A DNA stretch of 64,000 bases from Elusimicrobiota bacterium. Lineage in GTDB: Bacteria > CG03 > SLGR01 > JAFGSA01. The stretch spans positions 44,472 through 108,471 of the forward strand of contig JAFGSA010000024.1 of assembly GCA_016934855.1 (NCBI GenBank), written 5' to 3'. Shown in pieces: positions 18,972-27,098 of this stretch. Made by a program: the position numbers and the translations under genes. How positions within the stretch are numbered: the first letter of the stretch is position 1; each line of letters opens with the position of its first letter. The notes beneath the pieces were generated by a model. It saw only the letters and a program-made list of their open reading frames with translations, was not told where the DNA came from and made no database searches.

Positions 18972-20344
18972 TTGTTCCTGTCAGCCTCCCAATCTGACGC
19001 GGGGTATACGCTGAAACTGCCTCTTCTGGTATCGGCAACCAGATTATGCAGAACGTTCAACTTCAGTCCCCCGATGTAATCGAACCAGGCCCTGTACCAG
19101 CCGTATACTTTTCCGGGATCTTCGTAAGCATCCAGGATCGCTGTCAGCCTTCCCGGGATATCCTTTGACGCTTTCGAGTAAACATATTCGACAGCCTTTA
19201 TTTTCCTGACAAGCCTGAACCCGGGAAGATCCAAAAGCACTTTCACTATTTTTTTAGCCTTTTTTTTCAGACCTTTTTTCTTTCTTAATATTTCTCCGTT
19301 CATCAGCTGTTTCCTTAACTTTGAGGGATCGGAATATATCGTTAAAAACGATATTTTTTCCGCGTTTTTAAGTATATCAAGCGCTTCATCGCGGTCGTGA
19401 GTCTTGGCGCTGCGGCCATAGGGACGCAGAAAATCATAATGCAGTATTATCCCTTGCGAAAAGACCGAAGAAACGCTGTTCAGCTGGCTGGACCCGAGAT
19501 GCAGCCATCCGGAAAAATCACCCACCCCCAGCTTTTCCGAGACTGCCGGGCACGAATTGGACATCATGCTTTTTATCAGAGTGGTCTTGCCGGAGGAAGT
19601 AGGCCCCGACACTACGACAAGGTGGCCTGCCCTCCTCTTCTTTGCTATCACCAGGAACCTGTCTTTAAAACCGGTCTTATAGAATCTGACATCTCCGAAG
19701 CTGTTCCGCTGGTACAAGAGCAGGTTTTTCAGGGCTTTCTCCGTAAAAAAGAATTTCTTCTGTCCGCTCAGTTTTTTCGAAGTTGCGCCCCGGCCAACGA
19801 TAACTGCCGGCGAACCCGATATAATGCTGCTTCTGAAACGCGACAGCCCAAGTTTCCTGCGGTCATGCGCGCCGAGTGTTGCCACTTCAAGCACCAGGGT
19901 TTCCCGGGTAATGCGTATCAGTTTATCCAGCACCGCGATCGGGTCTTTCATGTGATGAAGCAGATTAAGGCACAGCACGAGGTCATATTTTTCTCCCGGA
20001 TCGTCTTTCTCTATATCTCCTTTAACATATTCTATATTCAACCCCTTGATCTCGGCTATGGTCCTGGCATTATCAATGCTCTCTTCGTTTATCTCCCACC
20101 CCAGGACCCTGGACGCGCCCCTTTCTGCCGCCTTGATGCAGAAATACCCCAGATAGCTGCCTATATCCAGTACGGATTTGCCTTCAACGCCGTCAGAGAA
20201 TATCAGATCGCAGGTTTCCTTCCTTTCCGCGCCCGGTGTTGAAAGACCATAAGGAAGCTCTATCTTCTGATATTTCAGACCGGGTCTCCCGAGGAACTCC
20301 TCTATCCTGCTTTTACTCCAATCTCCCGAGTTTTTAATATTCAT
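18968..20344 (-). CDS. Fusion of a class I SAM methyltransferase (CmoB/DUF1698-like) and a P-loop NTPase/kinase domain
   Basis: YQKIELPYGLSTPG, VLDIGSYLGYF, YDLVLCLNLLHH, then VVVSGPTSSGKTT (Walker A). Confidence 0.8.
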   Translation of the reverse strand: MNIKNSGDWSKSRIEEFLGRPGLKYQKIELPYGLSTPGAERKETCDLIFSDGVEGKSVLDIGSYLGYFCIKAAERGASRVLGWEINEESIDNARTIAEIKGLNIEYVKGDIEKDDPGEKYDLVLCLNLLHHMKDPIAVLDKLIRITRETLVLEVATLGAHDRRKLGLSRFRSSIISGSPAVIVGRGATSKKLSGQKKFFFTEKALKNLLLYQRNSFGDVRFYKTGFKDRFLVIAKKRRAGHLVVVSGPTSSGKTTLIKSMMSNSCPAVSEKLGVGDFSGWLHLGSSQLNSVSSVFSQGIILHYDFLRPYGRSAKTHDRDEALDILKNAEKISFLTIYSDPSKLRKQLMNGEILRKKKGLKKKAKKIVKVLLDLPGFRLVRKIKAVEYVYSKASKDIPGRLTAILDAYEDPGKVYGWYRAWFDYIGGLKLNVLHNLVADTRRGSFSVYPASDWEADRNK

Positions 20345-20360
20345 CAATATGCTCCCCGCA

Positions 20361-21878
20361 TCACCTGTTATTTATTATTTCCTTTAATTTACCCACAACG
20401 AATGCCGCTATGCCTGCATCGGACATCTCTCTGCGGTATTTTCCTAGTGCCGCTTTTTCACCCGCGCTGAAAAAACCCGAGCAATATAGCAATACGGGGA
20501 AAAGCGCCATCAGCAGTATCTTGAATATAATCTGCAAAAGTATGCCATGCCACGGGATCAGGAATGATGCCGCATAGGCCACCCCGCCGACTGCCGTAAT
20601 ATGAAATATCCTGCCGTTCTGGAAAACCAGTCCGTAGAACCTGTTTGAAAAATAGAGCCGGAGGATATTCCACACAATATATGATATAAGCGTCGCTATG
20701 GCTGCGCCCATCATTCCCCATATAGGGATGAATAAAAAATTCAATCCTATATTTACCGCCGCCGCGGCCAGAAGATTGCCGGACCTGTGATACGATTTAT
20801 TTTTCATGATTATTCCCCAGTCGAAAAAATATCCCAGTCCATGCTGGATGTATGAAAACCCTATTACAGGCACTATGATCCAGCTTCCCCAGTATTCTTT
20901 TTTTCTTGCAAGCAGCATTATCGCTTCTTTGGAGAAAAGAGAAAGCCCCAGAACTGCAAATATTCCTGCAAGATAGAAATATGTAGCAGATCTTTTAAGG
21001 AATTCCTTCTGCTGGTCGGGATCATCTTCTTTTTTCAGGACTATCGGCCAGAGGGCATCTTTAAGGGGCTCTGCCAAGACCATTTTTATAAGGTTTCCTA
21101 TCCTGTATCCGAAGGAATAAAGCCCCACCGTCTCTACTGCTTCGAATATCCTTAAGACGTACCTGTCTCCGGACTGTATGAGCCAGTTAGAATAACTTGC
21201 AACTATCTGCGGGTACCCGTATGCAAGCGGCTCCTTTAGTATCTTATAAGATATTTTAAACCTGATATCCCTCATGATCAGCGGGATTACCATCAGTGAA
21301 AGGAATAGAAGACCGAACAGCTGTCCGTAGGCTAACGCATATACTCCTATCCTGAGTTTAACAAGCGACCAGACTATCACAAAACTCGACACGACCAGCT
21401 TCGTCAGTGACACGAAGACATAATATCTGGCCATCTCCTTAAGCATCAGATAATCCAGCAGTATAGTAGAAAAGCATTCAAGGAAAAGTATTATGGAAAA
21501 TATTTTTACTATCGGAAGGAATTCCCTTTCTCCGATCAGCGTGTTGCATAAGAAATTGCTCATACCATAATATACTGAGGTCAATATTAATGCCTGAATG
21601 ATCAGGAGTAAAAGTATATTGAACAGCAAAACGTCATTCTTCTCGATATAATCAGGTTTATAATAATACCTCCTGAATGCCTGGTTCACCGGTGAAACCA
21701 GTTTGGCTATCAATGTAACAGTAACCGTAAGCAGGGCAACTATTCCGAAATCCTTCGGGTATAGGTATGATGTATACAGCGGCAGCAGGATGATCGTGAG
21801 TATATTCTGCGCGACGTTACCTATGGAATATATACTGCCGAGAAACAGTAACTTCTTATGCTGCTTTCTTATACTCAT
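20361..21878 (-). CDS. wzx: Wzx-type polysaccharide flippase
   Basis: LLPLYTSYL.P.DFG, DRYVL...VGLYSFGY, LNFLFIPIWGMMGAAIAT. Confidence 0.9.
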   Translation of the reverse strand: MSIRKQHKKLLFLGSIYSIGNVAQNILTIILLPLYTSYLYPKDFGIVALLTVTVTLIAKLVSPVNQAFRRYYYKPDYIEKNDVLLFNILLLLIIQALILTSVYYGMSNFLCNTLIGEREFLPIVKIFSIILFLECFSTILLDYLMLKEMARYYVFVSLTKLVVSSFVIVWSLVKLRIGVYALAYGQLFGLLFLSLMVIPLIMRDIRFKISYKILKEPLAYGYPQIVASYSNWLIQSGDRYVLRIFEAVETVGLYSFGYRIGNLIKMVLAEPLKDALWPIVLKKEDDPDQQKEFLKRSATYFYLAGIFAVLGLSLFSKEAIMLLARKKEYWGSWIIVPVIGFSYIQHGLGYFFDWGIIMKNKSYHRSGNLLAAAAVNIGLNFLFIPIWGMMGAAIATLISYIVWNILRLYFSNRFYGLVFQNGRIFHITAVGGVAYAASFLIPWHGILLQIIFKILLMALFPVLLYCSGFFSAGEKAALGKYRREMSDAGIAAFVVGKLKEIINNR

Positions 21879-22732
21879 GCTCCCGCCGCTTTTTTCAGGA
21901 TCGCCACCAGCTGTTCTTTGCCGATCTTCTTAGGACCCTGGTTTATCTTGTCGTATTTCAATATTTTACCGGCTATCATTTCGGCGTTGAACCCGTCTAT
22001 TTTCGCAAAATCAGACAGCTTCCTCAGTTTTCCCACCAGCTCTTCCGTGGAATTCGCGCCGAACAGAGGAAGGAGCCCATCATAATCCATGTATTCGATG
22101 AAAAAAGGAAGCAGCATGCCGCACGCGGTCCCGTGATCTATGCCGTATTCCGTCGTAAGCGGATAGGATGATGCGTGTATCACATTCGTCTTCGAAATAG
22201 CGATAGCCTGCCCCGCAAGGTTGCCCGCCTCTATAAGCAGATATGTTTTTTCCCTGTTCCTGAAATATTTCATTATAAGCCCTATGGCTTTTTTGCAATA
22301 CTCCCGGCTCTCTTTTGTGGCGGCTGCTGACCAGAACGACTCGACCGAATGCGCAAGCGCGTCGAAGGCCGTCGACTGTATAACTTTTTCAGGGAGGTCC
22401 AGGGGGATGTCTCTCTCTATTCTCAGGACAGGTATTTCCGTAGAAACGGAAGTCTTTTCCCTGCCCCATACGGTCGCATAGGGAGTCACCGCGGCACCCG
22501 ATGCGGTAGTCGGTATGGCAATACATCTTTTATCTTTCGAGATTATCTTCGCCGTATCTATGACGCTCCCTCCCCCTATGCCTATTACCACATCTTTGTC
22601 CGTTTTTATCTTTAAAACTTCTTCGGTCGGCGGACGGGTGACCTCCAGGAACTCTACGTTCCCGTACTCGCGGGCTATTTTTTCTGCGTACACCCTGGTA
22701 TGCCTGCTATGTATTATCAGCGCTGATTGCAT
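21875..22732 (-). CDS. Iron-containing alcohol dehydrogenase, probable phosphonoacetaldehyde reductase (FomC/PhpC-like)
   Basis: GGGSVIDTAK, IPTTASG, DALAHSVESFWS, H..SYPLT..YGIDHG; next to the PEP mutase and decarboxylase genes. Confidence 0.82.
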   Translation of the reverse strand: MQSALIIHSRHTRVYAEKIAREYGNVEFLEVTRPPTEEVLKIKTDKDVVIGIGGGSVIDTAKIISKDKRCIAIPTTASGAAVTPYATVWGREKTSVSTEIPVLRIERDIPLDLPEKVIQSTAFDALAHSVESFWSAAATKESREYCKKAIGLIMKYFRNREKTYLLIEAGNLAGQAIAISKTNVIHASSYPLTTEYGIDHGTACGMLLPFFIEYMDYDGLLPLFGANSTEELVGKLRKLSDFAKIDGFNAEMIAGKILKYDKINQGPKKIGKEQLVAILKKAAGA

Positions 22733-23183
22733 TTCTGAACCTCTCTGTTATCTCCTTCGGCGAAAAAGGTATTCTGGGTGAATCTCCCTTTTCCTTGCTC
22801 ACGATTATAACTTCCGTGTTGGGTGCCAGGCTGGCGAAATCCACCATATCCGAACATGTCGGCTGTCCGCCGGTCGTACTGTGGCACCCGTTATCAAGTA
22901 TGTAGTGTTTTAAGTTGCCGGGATCGAGTTTCTTGTGGAGAACCATGGTCCCCAGGGACATGAGAGCCGCCCCATCGCCCGATATGACGATAACTTTATG
23001 CTCCGAACTGATCGCTATACCTAGGCCTATCCCGAGTGCGTTACCCATACTGCCCATCATGTAGAAATTCCGCGGCCTGTCCTTGACATGATGAAGTTCC
23101 CTTGATATCATGCCGGTTGAAGCGATGATAACTTCATCGGTCACATTTTCCATAATCTTTTTTATTGCATCTATTCTTTTCAT
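22707..23183 (-). CDS. Phosphonopyruvate decarboxylase, TPP-binding (beta) subunit
   Basis: ASTGMISREL, NFYMMGSMG, GDGAALMSLG, LDNGCHSTTGGQPT. Confidence 0.85.
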   Translation of the reverse strand: MKRIDAIKKIMENVTDEVIIASTGMISRELHHVKDRPRNFYMMGSMGNALGIGLGIAISSEHKVIVISGDGAALMSLGTMVLHKKLDPGNLKHYILDNGCHSTTGGQPTCSDMVDFASLAPNTEVIIVSKEKGDSPRIPFSPKEITERFRNAISADNT

Positions 23184-23521
23184 TGTTCTATAAGCTCATA
23201 TTTTTCATATTCCATCAGTTCCATAAGTTTCCTCGTGATGCTCCCCATGAGCGCATGGTGCTCCGGCTTATGCCTGACACTGATCAGAAGGTCCACCTCT
23301 ATTCCGTAAGGCTTATAGAGGGATGTTATTATATCGACCATATTGCCCAGTCCGCTGTTCTGCAGGAATACCAGCGGCTCTTTTCCCGCCAGGTACGCGC
23401 CGGCAGCCAGGGCGGCCGCTTCGTCTTCTCTTGTACACGGGATGTAATCCTTTATATCGGCTATAAAATCCTTCAGTTTCGAGCACGGTACGCCCGCTAT
23501 TAAATCATATTTTGCCTTCAT
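23180..23521 (-). CDS. Phosphonopyruvate decarboxylase, N-terminal (alpha) subunit
   Basis: GVPCS, REDEAAALAAGAYLAG, LQNSGLGN, PEHHALMG. Confidence 0.85.
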   Translation of the reverse strand: MKAKYDLIAGVPCSKLKDFIADIKDYIPCTREDEAAALAAGAYLAGKEPLVFLQNSGLGNMVDIITSLYKPYGIEVDLLISVRHKPEHHALMGSITRKLMELMEYEKYELIEQ

Positions 23522-23532
23522 ATTGATTTCCT

Positions 23533-23590
23533 TTCAGAATTCAGGTACAAACAGGATCTGATATCTGCTATCCGGAACCTGGTATCTGTT
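23533..23590. repeat. Degenerate 7-bp tandem repeats with inverted counterparts in the pepM-ppd spacer
   Basis: ATCTGAT ATCTGCT ATCCGGA ACCTGGT ATCTGTT at 23556-23590, preceded by TTCAGAA TTCAGGT at 23533-23546. Confidence 0.5.
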
Positions 23591-23591
23591 A

Positions 23592-24863
23592 TCATATCTT
23601 ATACCTCTTTTCTATTTCCTTGACCTCGTTTATCGGGGTGAGATCCCTGAGGTCATCCAGTGTTGCAGAAAGCTCGTTCTCTATCGGCAGCACAGAATCA
23701 TTGTCTTTGATAAGTTTCAGCCCTTTCCTTATGGCTTTTATCTTGAGCCTTTCCGTCTGGTTAGCCAGTATGACGAGCGAAAACCCGCTGTCAAAGAGCT
23801 GCCTGTTGGTTATCTGCGGAAACTTCGTCGGGACTATTACAAGCGGGATGTCGCGCTTCCAGTGTTTTGGTATATCCAACGCCTCTCGGCCGGATTCCTC
23901 CCTGCTGTGTATCATTATCATATCTGCCCCGCATTGGACATAGTGCTCCGCCCTCCTCAGCGCCTCTTCCATGCCGTATCCCCTGATAAGGGCTTCCGTT
24001 CTCGCGATAATCACAAAATCCGTGGTCTTCTGAGCATCCTTGCCAGCCCTTATCTTCATCCCGTGCTCTTCCATGGACAGCAGGGGGACCTTCCCGCCCC
24101 ATAGAGAATTCTGCTTCGGGAAAATATTATCTTCCACGGACAGCCCCGCCACCCCCGCCTTCTCGAATTCCTTTACGGTCCTTATGAAATTATGTATGCC
24201 TCCGTACCCGTTATCCGCGTCGACTATCACGGGAAGCGTCGTGGCATCCACCACCGTCTTGGCGGCGTTCAGCATCTCGGTCATCGTTATCTCGCCGTTA
24301 TCTGCCATACCCATCCGGGCAGACGCCTCAAAACCGGATATCCATATGCCGTCAAATTCCGCTTCTTCGATGAGCTTTGCGGTTATCGCATCCCCGGCCG
24401 ACACTATAACGAGCTTCTTCTTCTCCTGAAGCAGGCTCCTGAGGTTTTTTGTCTTCCTGATCTCCTTAAGGAGTTTCGTGGTAGATATATAAGGATAACT
24501 GGGCACCTGCACCACGTCGCATATCTTCTCATCCCTGGCTCTTTTATATAACGGAGGCAGCCAGTCATCGCCGTGCACGGCTACGTCGACTTTATATTTT
24601 TTCAGGTTCTCCAGCATGGCGGGAGACCTGAAATCCATACAGTCCTCGACTACCATATCCACTTCCTTTACAGCCTCGAGGATCGTCTTCCTGTCTTCGA
24701 AAGATACGATCGGCGGCCGCTTATACTTTTTTGCAACGTCGTCGGGATGCAGTCCGATGATGAGATAATCCCCCTGCTCTTTGGCTTTCCTTATGAACTC
24801 CAGGTGTCCCCGGTGGAACAGATCCCCGACCATGGTAGCGTATACTGTTTTTTTCTTTTTCAT
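23592..24863 (-). CDS. pepM: Cytidylyltransferase - phosphoenolpyruvate mutase fusion (Fom1/AepX-like)
   Basis: N-terminal HxGH domain (DLFHRGH, HGDDW, ISTT); C-terminal GIWISG, DADNGYG, EDNIFPKQNS, IARTEALI, IHSR, VPTKF, ANQ. Confidence 0.88.
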   Translation of the reverse strand: MKKKKTVYATMVGDLFHRGHLEFIRKAKEQGDYLIIGLHPDDVAKKYKRPPIVSFEDRKTILEAVKEVDMVVEDCMDFRSPAMLENLKKYKVDVAVHGDDWLPPLYKRARDEKICDVVQVPSYPYISTTKLLKEIRKTKNLRSLLQEKKKLVIVSAGDAITAKLIEEAEFDGIWISGFEASARMGMADNGEITMTEMLNAAKTVVDATTLPVIVDADNGYGGIHNFIRTVKEFEKAGVAGLSVEDNIFPKQNSLWGGKVPLLSMEEHGMKIRAGKDAQKTTDFVIIARTEALIRGYGMEEALRRAEHYVQCGADMIMIHSREESGREALDIPKHWKRDIPLVIVPTKFPQITNRQLFDSGFSLVILANQTERLKIKAIRKGLKLIKDNDSVLPIENELSATLDDLRDLTPINEVKEIEKRYKI

Positions 24864-24910
24864 TTTATTCTCCCGTTTTTCTACTTATAATATTTGTTCC
24901 ATATGTACGT

Positions 24911-25900
24911 CTACTCATAACAATATTTTTTAAGTTTCGTATATATCTCATCCATATCTTCTTTGTTTTTATATTTTTTCCATAAACCTATGTTCTTTTT
25001 CGATACATCGGGATTAAGATACTGCTTTTTATAAACATGGTGCGCTTTTTCTATCCCTGAAAATGACAAAATTATATCTATCGATCTTTCATAGTCGAGG
25101 ATCAGATTCTCAAAATTGATTCTCATTACTTTTTCCTTATTTATCTCTTCCTGATCAGCCCTGTCCATCAGACATCCGTACCATTTTATAAAATCCCCTA
25201 CATCCCGAGGGATGAATTTCCATTGTTTTGCCGCTGACTCCGCAAAAATATCCCGCGGATCTCTATGTACTACGATAATTTTTGGCGAGTTGAAATAGCC
25301 CAATATTTTGTTATAATTCAACGACGCGTATCCCGCGTCGAATACGACATGTTGCTTTCCGTGTTTCTTTTTCAACGAGTTAATGATTTCGCTCGTATAT
25401 ATCCTCGTCTGCCGATAAAAATCCTCTTTCGGGTAACTGATATATATATCCTTATTGAATTTTAATACCTTTTTACTGAAGACTATCCTGTTTACAGCAT
25501 GAATACACAAATTAAGAAAATCATCCGACCCGTACCAAATGCCCCTGTAACGGAAAAGAACCAGACTGTCTGCATAATTCCGGGATATCTTTCCGAAATC
25601 TCCGATGATCTGCTTGTTGTAGTTGACCCTGAAATAAGGGAATATATGGAATAGGCCTTTTTTACACAGGTTAATTACCAGTTTTCTGAACCTCTTTATG
25701 GCAACATCCGATTGATAAGGCGACCAGTTGTCTATTAGTGCGCTCTCCAGGCTCATTATCCCGTCCGGGTCAGTGAATATTCTGAGCTCGGTGCCTACAG
25801 GATGACAAATATCAATCTCTTTCATAAAGTCATATAACGCACCGGACCCGCTGGCGCCGAATCCGCCTATAATAATAGCATCATTATTAACATCCGCCAT
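24911..25900 (-). CDS. Sulfotransferase-like P-loop protein
   Basis: IIIGGFGASGSG (5'-PSB-like loop), VVHRDPRD (3'-PB-like), INFENLI, SKKNIGLWK. Confidence 0.7.
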   Translation of the reverse strand: MADVNNDAIIIGGFGASGSGALYDFMKEIDICHPVGTELRIFTDPDGIMSLESALIDNWSPYQSDVAIKRFRKLVINLCKKGLFHIFPYFRVNYNKQIIGDFGKISRNYADSLVLFRYRGIWYGSDDFLNLCIHAVNRIVFSKKVLKFNKDIYISYPKEDFYRQTRIYTSEIINSLKKKHGKQHVVFDAGYASLNYNKILGYFNSPKIIVVHRDPRDIFAESAAKQWKFIPRDVGDFIKWYGCLMDRADQEEINKEKVMRINFENLILDYERSIDIILSFSGIEKAHHVYKKQYLNPDVSKKNIGLWKKYKNKEDMDEIYTKLKKYCYE

Positions 25901-25910
25901 AACTTGTTAT

Positions 25911-27098
25911 TTACCTCCCGGCACCAAGAATATACTCAATACTCTCAATATATTTACCCGCAACTTTCTCTTCTGAGAATATATCCAGGCTGTTCTTACC
26001 CAGGAATTCTCTTACATTCTCCTTATATTGTGCGCTTTCCCTGGATAGTCTCAATACGGCATCCGCTATATTTCCCACCGAAAAAGGGTCTACCTTGACC
26101 CCTATATCATCGCCGAAATATCCGTCTATACCTGTGTTTTTTGAATAGATAATCGGCAGCCCGCTGACCAGGGCTTCGACGTAAGCTACTCCGAACGTCT
26201 CGGGATAGCTCGGCATGATAAAACACTCATAGTCACCTGCATAATTATTCATCCTGTTCCTATTATCATATACCTTGACATCAACCGCGGCTTCCAGGCG
26301 GTATTTTTTTATCATATTTTTCACATCATCTACAGCGTTACCTTCGCCGGTTATATCCAGGCATATACCCGGGTTCCTTTCTCTTGCCATCTTTACCGCC
26401 GAAAGCAGCCTTCTCACATTTTTAATTTTCATGTAATTCTTCTTTATTTTAAATACCGACAGAAATTTTTTTTGATCGCCGTACGCGCGCCGCACTCCCT
26501 GTCCGTTATTCCTGTATTTAACTATATCGACTATACTGCCCAGTAAAAGTATTTTACCGTCAATATTGTTTATTTTTTTACCATACCACTCCAGCACCCT
26601 TTTCCTCATCCACGGAGATACTAAATATATCATTTCCGCATTTTTCAGGATTCTCCCGTAATAACCCCTTAAGTCGGGCCTGTATTTCCACATCTTTATG
26701 TCTGACTGCCTCATTGTGATTACATACGGAATGCCGTATTCTCTTGATATTTCGTAAGCTATCGCCCCTTCGTAGCTCATCTTATGGGCATGTATCACCC
26801 GGATATTTTTCAGTTCTACTTTATGCATATCATTCAATTCTTTTATTTCATTGACGGTCCTTCGTAAATAATTCTTAAAAAGAATACTGAACGGCAAACT
26901 AAAATTATCGAAAGCGATTATTTTATCATGAACAAGCATTTTTTTCCGCAAAGACAATGTCCTGTTGAGGCTCAGTATGGTGTTATTGAAAATACGATCC
27001 GTAGATTCGCATAATTTCTCTATGTTCCTCGTCTTATAGGGAGTCAGCCCGGTTGGATAATCATAAGTTACATGCAGTATATTGGTCTTATTGATCAT
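25911..27098 (-). CDS. Glycosyltransferase family 4
   Basis: FIMPSYPETFGVAYVEALVSGLP. Start moved to 27098 (ATGA overlap). Confidence 0.88.
   Translation of the reverse strand: MINKTNILHVTYDYPTGLTPYKTRNIEKLCESTDRIFNNTILSLNRTLSLRKKMLVHDKIIAFDNFSLPFSILFKNYLRRTVNEIKELNDMHKVELKNIRVIHAHKMSYEGAIAYEISREYGIPYVITMRQSDIKMWKYRPDLRGYYGRILKNAEMIYLVSPWMRKRVLEWYGKKINNIDGKILLLGSIVDIVKYRNNGQGVRRAYGDQKKFLSVFKIKKNYMKIKNVRRLLSAVKMARERNPGICLDITGEGNAVDDVKNMIKKYRLEAAVDVKVYDNRNRMNNYAGDYECFIMPSYPETFGVAYVEALVSGLPIIYSKNTGIDGYFGDDIGVKVDPFSVGNIADAVLRLSRESAQYKENVREFLGKNSLDIFSEEKVAGKYIESIEYILGAGR

Noticed and set aside
22707-23521. Sulfopyruvate decarboxylase ComDE (coenzyme M synthesis)
   Set aside because: The split architecture is similar, but the genes sit between pepM and a reductase with no comABC, so phosphonopyruvate decarboxylase fits better.
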